Assembly: GCA_048013815.1 (NCBI GenBank) | Contig: CM106586.1 | Span: forward strand, 21,638,001-21,702,000 | Reading direction: 5' to 3' | DNA: 64,000 nucleotides | From: Setoptus koraiensis | Lineage: Eukaryota; Animalia; Arthropoda | Shown here: positions 57,904 to 64,000 of the stretch, one piece after another | Position numbering within the stretch: position 1 is the first letter of the stretch | Layout: every line of letters begins with the position of its first letter | Position numbers and translations under genes: made by a program | Notes under the pieces: generated by a model | What the model was told of the DNA's origin: nothing | Database searches by the model: none | What the model saw: the letters and a program-made list of their open reading frames with translations, nothing else

Positions 57904-60261
57904 ATGAACAAAGTCGGTCAGCCCCAATTCGAGACTATACACAGTGGACATTTCATGGTGTCCAGGTTGGACGATGACGACAACGGCCAGCACGACCAAG
58001 ATGAAAGCGACGTCGATCAAACAGACAATGTTGAAATTGATGTCAACAATCAAGAGGACGTTGATGTTGGATACTTAGTAGATGTTTGTCCAACTTCCGA
58101 AGCTCAATTAAGACACAAACTGTCCGATTGGAATGATTTGGATAAGCCAAAAAGTCAACGAACTCATCATTATCTAACATATTACTCACATGGATCTTCA
58201 AATACATCGCTAGATTCAGCCTCGTCGCAAACCTCACTCAAACACCATCATCATCACCATAGCAATCCCTCTGCGGTTCTCACTAACACCCTATCTGGGG
58301 GCCTGTCGGCTTTATCGGCAAGATTGACCTCATCACCGAAAAATCACCACCATAATCAACTTCATCATAGTCATCATGCTGTTACTATAGACGCCACATT
58401 TACTAAGCTATTCGAATGTATGTCGTTAGCTTATTCAGGAAAATTAACTTCGCCAAAGTGGAAAACGTTCAAAGGATTAAAATTGCGTTTAAAAGACAAA
58501 ATAAGATTGAACAATCTTATATGGCGAGCATGGTTTTTACAATGTATCAGGGGCAGAAAGCCCCCTGTGTGCCAATTTTCAGCCCCAGTCGATCCAGATA
58601 CTCACAAGAAGTCCGAGACTATTGTTCTTGAGGGAAAATATTGGAAGCGTAAGATAGCGGCCGTCATTGAAGAATACAAAAAATGGAGGGTGTTCCACAA
58701 GCAAAAAAGTCGCGCCAATTGTTATCGGCCGTCGTCTTTTGATTGGGATCATCGTATGTCATCGGCAGCATCGGCCTCTTCGTCACTGTACACTTTTGGA
58801 TGTTATGAACAAGAGTACGGCATGGACTTTAGTGAGAGTATTTATGATCTACCACCCATGATTGATTTCAACCCTCGCAACATAGCTCGCTACGGTGTCA
58901 GCTCGGACTTGATTCAGCCAGGTTTGCCACAGCTTCAGGCGGGCTCAGATGAATTTATGGACACTGAGCCAATAAGAGATCTAATTTGGTCTCAATTAAA
59001 GAGGGACGATTCTATAAGTGCAATGTATCAGCAACAACAAGAGCAACAACTACCAACATTAATAGAAGAAGAAGAAGCGACAACAGCGACAGCCCAGATA
59101 GGTCAGACTGGGAACAGCCTAGCGACCGCATCGGTAACTGTTATCGGCAACGAAGCAACTTCCAGAACAACAACAATGACAAAATCAAAAACAAAAACAC
59201 AACCGAACAAACAACAATCGAGAACAACTAATCACGTGGATCAATTAATGAAAAATAAACGAGTTGTCACAACGACAAATAAATTGCGCTCAATATCGCC
59301 AGTTTTGACCAAAATCAACAATAACAACAATTTTGATGCTGTGTGTCAGATGCCTGTGATTACCAACGATTATCACTATAACAACATGAACAATTTGTTT
59401 TCAAATGAGCATGTCAGCAACAGTGGTCAGCTGGACTGTCAATCCGACACGGTTTGTGTCCCGAAAGAGCTCAACGCCCATCAACCCGTTAATGTTGTTG
59501 GTGGTCAATCGGCCACTCCAACGTTTATCCACTATGTAGACAGCCGTTTAGACGGCCATCTAGACAGCCATTTGAATAATCAGCAGCAGCAGCAGCAGCA
59601 CTACAACTATTGTGCCACTACACCTGTTTGCAACAACACTGTAGACACACGGCCTCACACACATAACCACACACAACCACAACCAACATATAACAACACC
59701 AATTACTACCAGCATGACAATCATCAGCTGATAATGGAGCCAGCGGCAGTTAATCAACAACAATATAGATACACTAACAGGGGCGGCAGTAGTGAGTTTG
59801 TTCTAGCGGCCCCAACAGGCAGCTCGCAGACTGCACCAAGAAGAATAACAACAAGTGCAATCGTTTCGACAGCAACAACAACAACAACGTCCAGCACTCA
59901 ACATTGCTCACCGGCTACAGGCATGTCAACAAACTGTCGGCCTAGCAACCTGTCCACTACTTTGCAGTCCAGCAGTCAAAAGCCACACAACGATCGCGGT
60001 TATAGCAGCCAGCATCCAGCGGTGGTCCACTACAGATCGGTTGAGACACAGATCAACCAATCAGCGAGACATCAGCAAACGACACCAGCGACAAGTGACA
60101 CCAATTTGACACACCAAAATCAGATGATCAACGGCCCCATAGAGCACCAAGACAATCGACAACAACTCCAACAGCGGCAACAACAGCAGCAACAACAGCA
60201 GCAACAGCAGCAGCAACAGCAGCAGCAGCAACAACAACAGCAACAACAACAGCAACAGCAA

Positions 60262-60354
<93 letters not shown>

Positions 60355-61233
60355 AGATCGTCCGCTGCATCAAGTGCTCCTATAACTTTGAATAATAGTA
60401 GTGGTGGTGTCAATAATTGGGTGACGCTCGACGAACAGCCAGGGCCCTCCAGATCACCGCCAATGTCTCTATCGCCTGGCGATGCCATGTACGGATTAGC
60501 TGGAAGCGATGAGGACAAGACCCATTATAAGGAACATAGGAGAGTGAGTCATATAAATGCCGAACAAAAGAGGCGTTGTAATATTAGAAATGGTTTTGAT
60601 ACACTAAAATCTATATTGCCCTCAATAAGTCAAAATGTAAACACTAAAATAAGTAAGGCTGCCATGCTTCAGAAGGCTGCCCATTATATATCTAGTTTAA
60701 AAAGTGAACGCCAACAACAAACAGAGGAGCACACATTGTTGAAACAACAAATAGAAACATTACATCAAACTATTGCCTTATATCAATCTCAATTGCCAGC
60801 CTCAGGTGTGCCAGTAATTTGTCAGGGATCGGGGCAAGCCAAAGAGATGTTGCAGGATTACGTGAAACAGCGCACTTTATCCAATTGGAAATTTTGGATA
60901 TTTAGCCTGGTGATTGAGCCTTTATTTGAGTCATACATGAGTTCTGTATCCACCACTAGTCTAGAGGATTCGTGCAAAACAATTCTGGCCTGGTTAGATA
61001 GGAGTTGTGGCTTAATATCACTGAGAAAGGATGTACTAAATTCACTAACCTATTTGAGCACCTCCACAAATATATTGACGACACCTCAAACGTTACGTAA
61101 AGAGGTGACTGATATAGCGGAGTCCATGGCCAATTCTAAACAGGCTCAAGCATCATCATCATCTAGGCATGAGAGGAATGATTTTTCCAACTCGCACTTT
61201 CGTATCCATTGCGAGACCTCAACTTCCATCTGA
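57904..61233 (+). CDS. MLXIP: Mondo/MLX-interacting protein (MondoA/ChREBP family bHLH-ZIP), ~1109 aa, intronless
   Basis: Mondo conserved regions 'IHSGHFMVS', 'LFECMSLAYSGKLTSPKWKTFKG', 'KIRLNNLIWRAW', 'LEGKYWKR'; bHLH 'RRVSHINAEQKRRCNIRNGFDTL'; DCD/WMC 'WKFWIFS'. First ATG is 57904. Confidence 0.95.
60178..60354 (+). repeat. CAA/CAG repeat encoding 59 consecutive Gln in Mondo
   Basis: 177 nt of uninterrupted CAR codons. Confidence 0.95.
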
Positions 61234-63045
61234 CATCTGCAAAGAATGCGATAGAAGCAATGTTTTGCCCGGCGGGCTTCTTTATCTGTGAATTTCAAAA
61301 TAAATTTGAGATAAACATTTTGTTTGAAAAATTAAGCGACACGCATCATGTTGAAACCTCAAAGGTGTGTTCAATTTTGGGTATACTTAGAAAGTCTTTG
61401 CTTCGGGGGTCTCCCGTCCGGTTTGAGCTTTGAAAGCGCGCATCTTCGCAATTTTACATTTTCTTCCTGTTAAAGGGTTCGAAAGTGATCTTCACATAGG
61501 ATCGAAGAGGATTTCACTGTGACATTCTTCTTGCTTGATCTCTACAATATATATTTAGTTCCAAAGGTAGTCGTCTCTCGACAATTTAGGTGACGATCAA
61601 ATGCAGCCCTCTGATTGCGCCATGCCCACCGTAAATCGTGCAGTTTTCGTTTCAAATTGCGTAAATGAACCGCTGGGAGGCCTTAAAGAAAAAACTTCCA
61701 AAATAGACCTAACGTCCAACATATTCCTACATAGTCGATTAAAACCAAATCCCTAGCCACGGACTTTTTTGATTTTACTATTACAGTAGCGCATTCGTTA
61801 AAAGGCGCAAGATGGCGCCTCGTTGGCGAAAATATCAATTCGAATGCCGATTCTCGGTGGCGGCTATGATTTTCCCTTTTTCTGCTTGGATTAGGCACTT
61901 GTCATTATCTGTTAGTTATTTTCTCTACTTGTTACGCAACAATAATGATAAGTAATTAATGATTGTTGCTAATAAGCGAATGATTAAGAGTGTTGTTGGC
62001 CAATTCGGAGGCGAGTCGAACATTGCGCAACATACGAACAATAGTGATTGATAAAAGAAGCGAAAAATGCAATTTATTCTTGCTTGTCGAAAATGACTGC
62101 TGAAGAAATTGTGCTCAATATTACAGCAGTGCTACTCTGATACGGCGCCACACACAATTCCTCGTGATGTTGAGATTCGTATGAACGTGCCGTAACTATA
62201 ACTAGATCACATCGACGATTGATATTCTCTGCTGTTTGTTGGCCCACACCAACCATTGATACATTGCATTGCGCAACCATTGCAGCACCCATTAGTTGAT
62301 TGTAATTATGCAAATTAAGGATGTTGTTCTCACATCATTAACGCCAACGCGTATGATGCAATATCTTGTTAATATCTAACTTGCTGGCTGTGAGGTCATT
62401 GAGTGTGTCGGTGTGAGTGAGTGAGTCGATCACGATTCTCACACTTAACGTCGCGCTAACTCACTGAGCCAATACTCACTGGTCAATGGATATTGCGTAA
62501 TTGCTCACTATTACCTCGAAGTAACTTCGAATCTTGTTGGCGCTTCTCACACACAACACACACGATGGCAACAAGTGTGCTGGCCAAATTACCTCACACC
62601 GCCATCTCGGCCACCATGAATCCGAAAGCGCCCCGTCCAATCCAATCTGGCCAATTATCATTTATCCATTATTTATTATCTCTAGCCCCATACTAGTCTG
62701 AGGGTCAGAAATGGTGCCGCTGGTGTCAATACAGACAGATTGGTACCCACTGGTGAGCGAAATCGCGCCAAGGTCAGCGCCAGAAATCCATTCAAATCTA
62801 GAACTGGCCAATTCTCGAAGGGCGCTCTGTTGTGCCGATCAAAGTACAAACATCGTTGCTTTTGCAACTGCAAATCATCTGACTGAAATTGAACGCTGTC
62901 GCCGTTGTCGTGGTTGTTGGTACGCCAACAGAGCGATCAACTGTCGTCTCGTTTGATTCTATTTCATCACGTTATGCTTGATCAAATTGGATCAACATCA
63001 ACAGTGACATGGCGCGTCCAATCAAGCGGATAAACTCTTATTTTG

Positions 63046-63067
63046 ACGCTTCTGTCGACAGAAGCGT
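63046..63067. repeat. 22-bp perfect palindrome ACGCTTCTGTC|GACAGAAGCGT
   Basis: Read directly from the sequence. Confidence 0.9.
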
Positions 63068-64000
63068 TTGAAAAACAACTGACCACTACTTATGCACCGA
63101 CAATCTCGAACGTCTTTCGGTTTTTGTGTCGCCGCGATGGTCAGCGCAACAAGCAAACAGTGGCTTTGCTGCTCGCTGACCATTTGAATAATCCATTGTT
63201 GCAAACAAAGGCCAACAAGGAGGCCAGCTAACGAACTCACCTATTTCCCCTCTCTGTTTTCATTTGTTGTGTGCTCATGGCTGCACTTCCATTGGCCTAC
63301 TTGCTGCAATTTATCAGTTGCAATTTATCCTCTCTGGGTGCCCGCTAGTGGACACTGTTCTCTCGTGCCACAGACTCTAGGAAACATGTTTAAATTGGCG
63401 TAAAAATTGTATAGGTAAGCGAGCATGTTACAATGAGGCCAGACACTGAATTTGCTTGACCAAATGAAAATAGTTGGCGGACAGGTAAAGAAAAAAGAAC
63501 AGCAACCAACGAATATACAAATGAGCATTCACAGGCTAATTCACAAACAATGATGGCACAAATTTGCAAATTTTGCACAAACACACGACCAGAATAGTAG
63601 TAAAAATGGGGAGAAATTTGAGCCGGCTTGTAGAGCGTAATTGCGTCGCTGTTTGATCACGACAGTTGAATTTAAAATGAATTGGATTATTATTGAATTG
63701 TAAATTGGATCAGGCTCGTCTTTGTGTCCATTCATTTCCACTGACATGGAAATAAATCATAAATGTCCGCTGGCGGCCACTATGGAAATTGGACTACTAT
63801 TCTCGTCACAAAAACGAGCATGTTTTGACACGAAACATCCGACAATAACTCAAATCCAATATCGTCTTTTGCCAATGCATTTTGTGTCCGCCGCGATAGC
63901 TAATTGTTGCCAATTGTTTGCCTTTGCTGTGATTGGCCTAAATTGGCTCGTCTTGTTCTCTTCGACTCAGACCAGTTCGAATGAAAAGGATATTTCATTG

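Noticed and set aside
60061-60518. Poly-Leu, poly-Cys and poly-Val/Ala ORFs
   Set aside because: Antisense frames of the Mondo CAA/CAG tract.
1-64000. CRISPR array or prokaryotic operon/defence system
   Set aside because: No regularly spaced direct repeats with unique spacers, and the genes are spliceosomal-intron-containing eukaryotic genes.

Overview
Compact, intron-poor animal DNA, most likely an arthropod and mite-like (inference from the gene set and 85-139 nt GT-AG introns). Outside one anomalous block the window is about 37-42% GC and densely packed with recognisable genes: an SLC22 organic cation transporter, NPC2/ML protein, integrin alpha, PWWP/HDGF-like protein, ATP synthase g and d, PRCC, CHMP2A, ANKLE2, mitochondrial peroxiredoxin, CTDNEP1, UTP23, MRPL24, a shortened NUP205, G-protein gamma, vanin/biotinidase, a large PAN/apple-like membrane protein, and Mondo/MLXIP with a 59-Q tract. 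A microsatellite-rich non-coding region spans about 50.4-57.8 kb. The main anomaly is a ~14.3 kb block (~3690-18030) at about 60% GC with no intact gene. By manual translation it holds smeared but correctly ordered motif ghosts of four retroelement pol regions: LINE with RNase H, Ty3/gypsy, BEL/Pao, and a second LINE. All four lie head-to-tail on the + strand, and hand counts show a RIP-like TpA excess. It could be a strand-polarised, piRNA-cluster-like TE archive or horizontally acquired decayed DNA. A chimeric, noisy or synthetic assembly segment is equally possible and must be excluded first. All calls were made by eye; no database searches were run.
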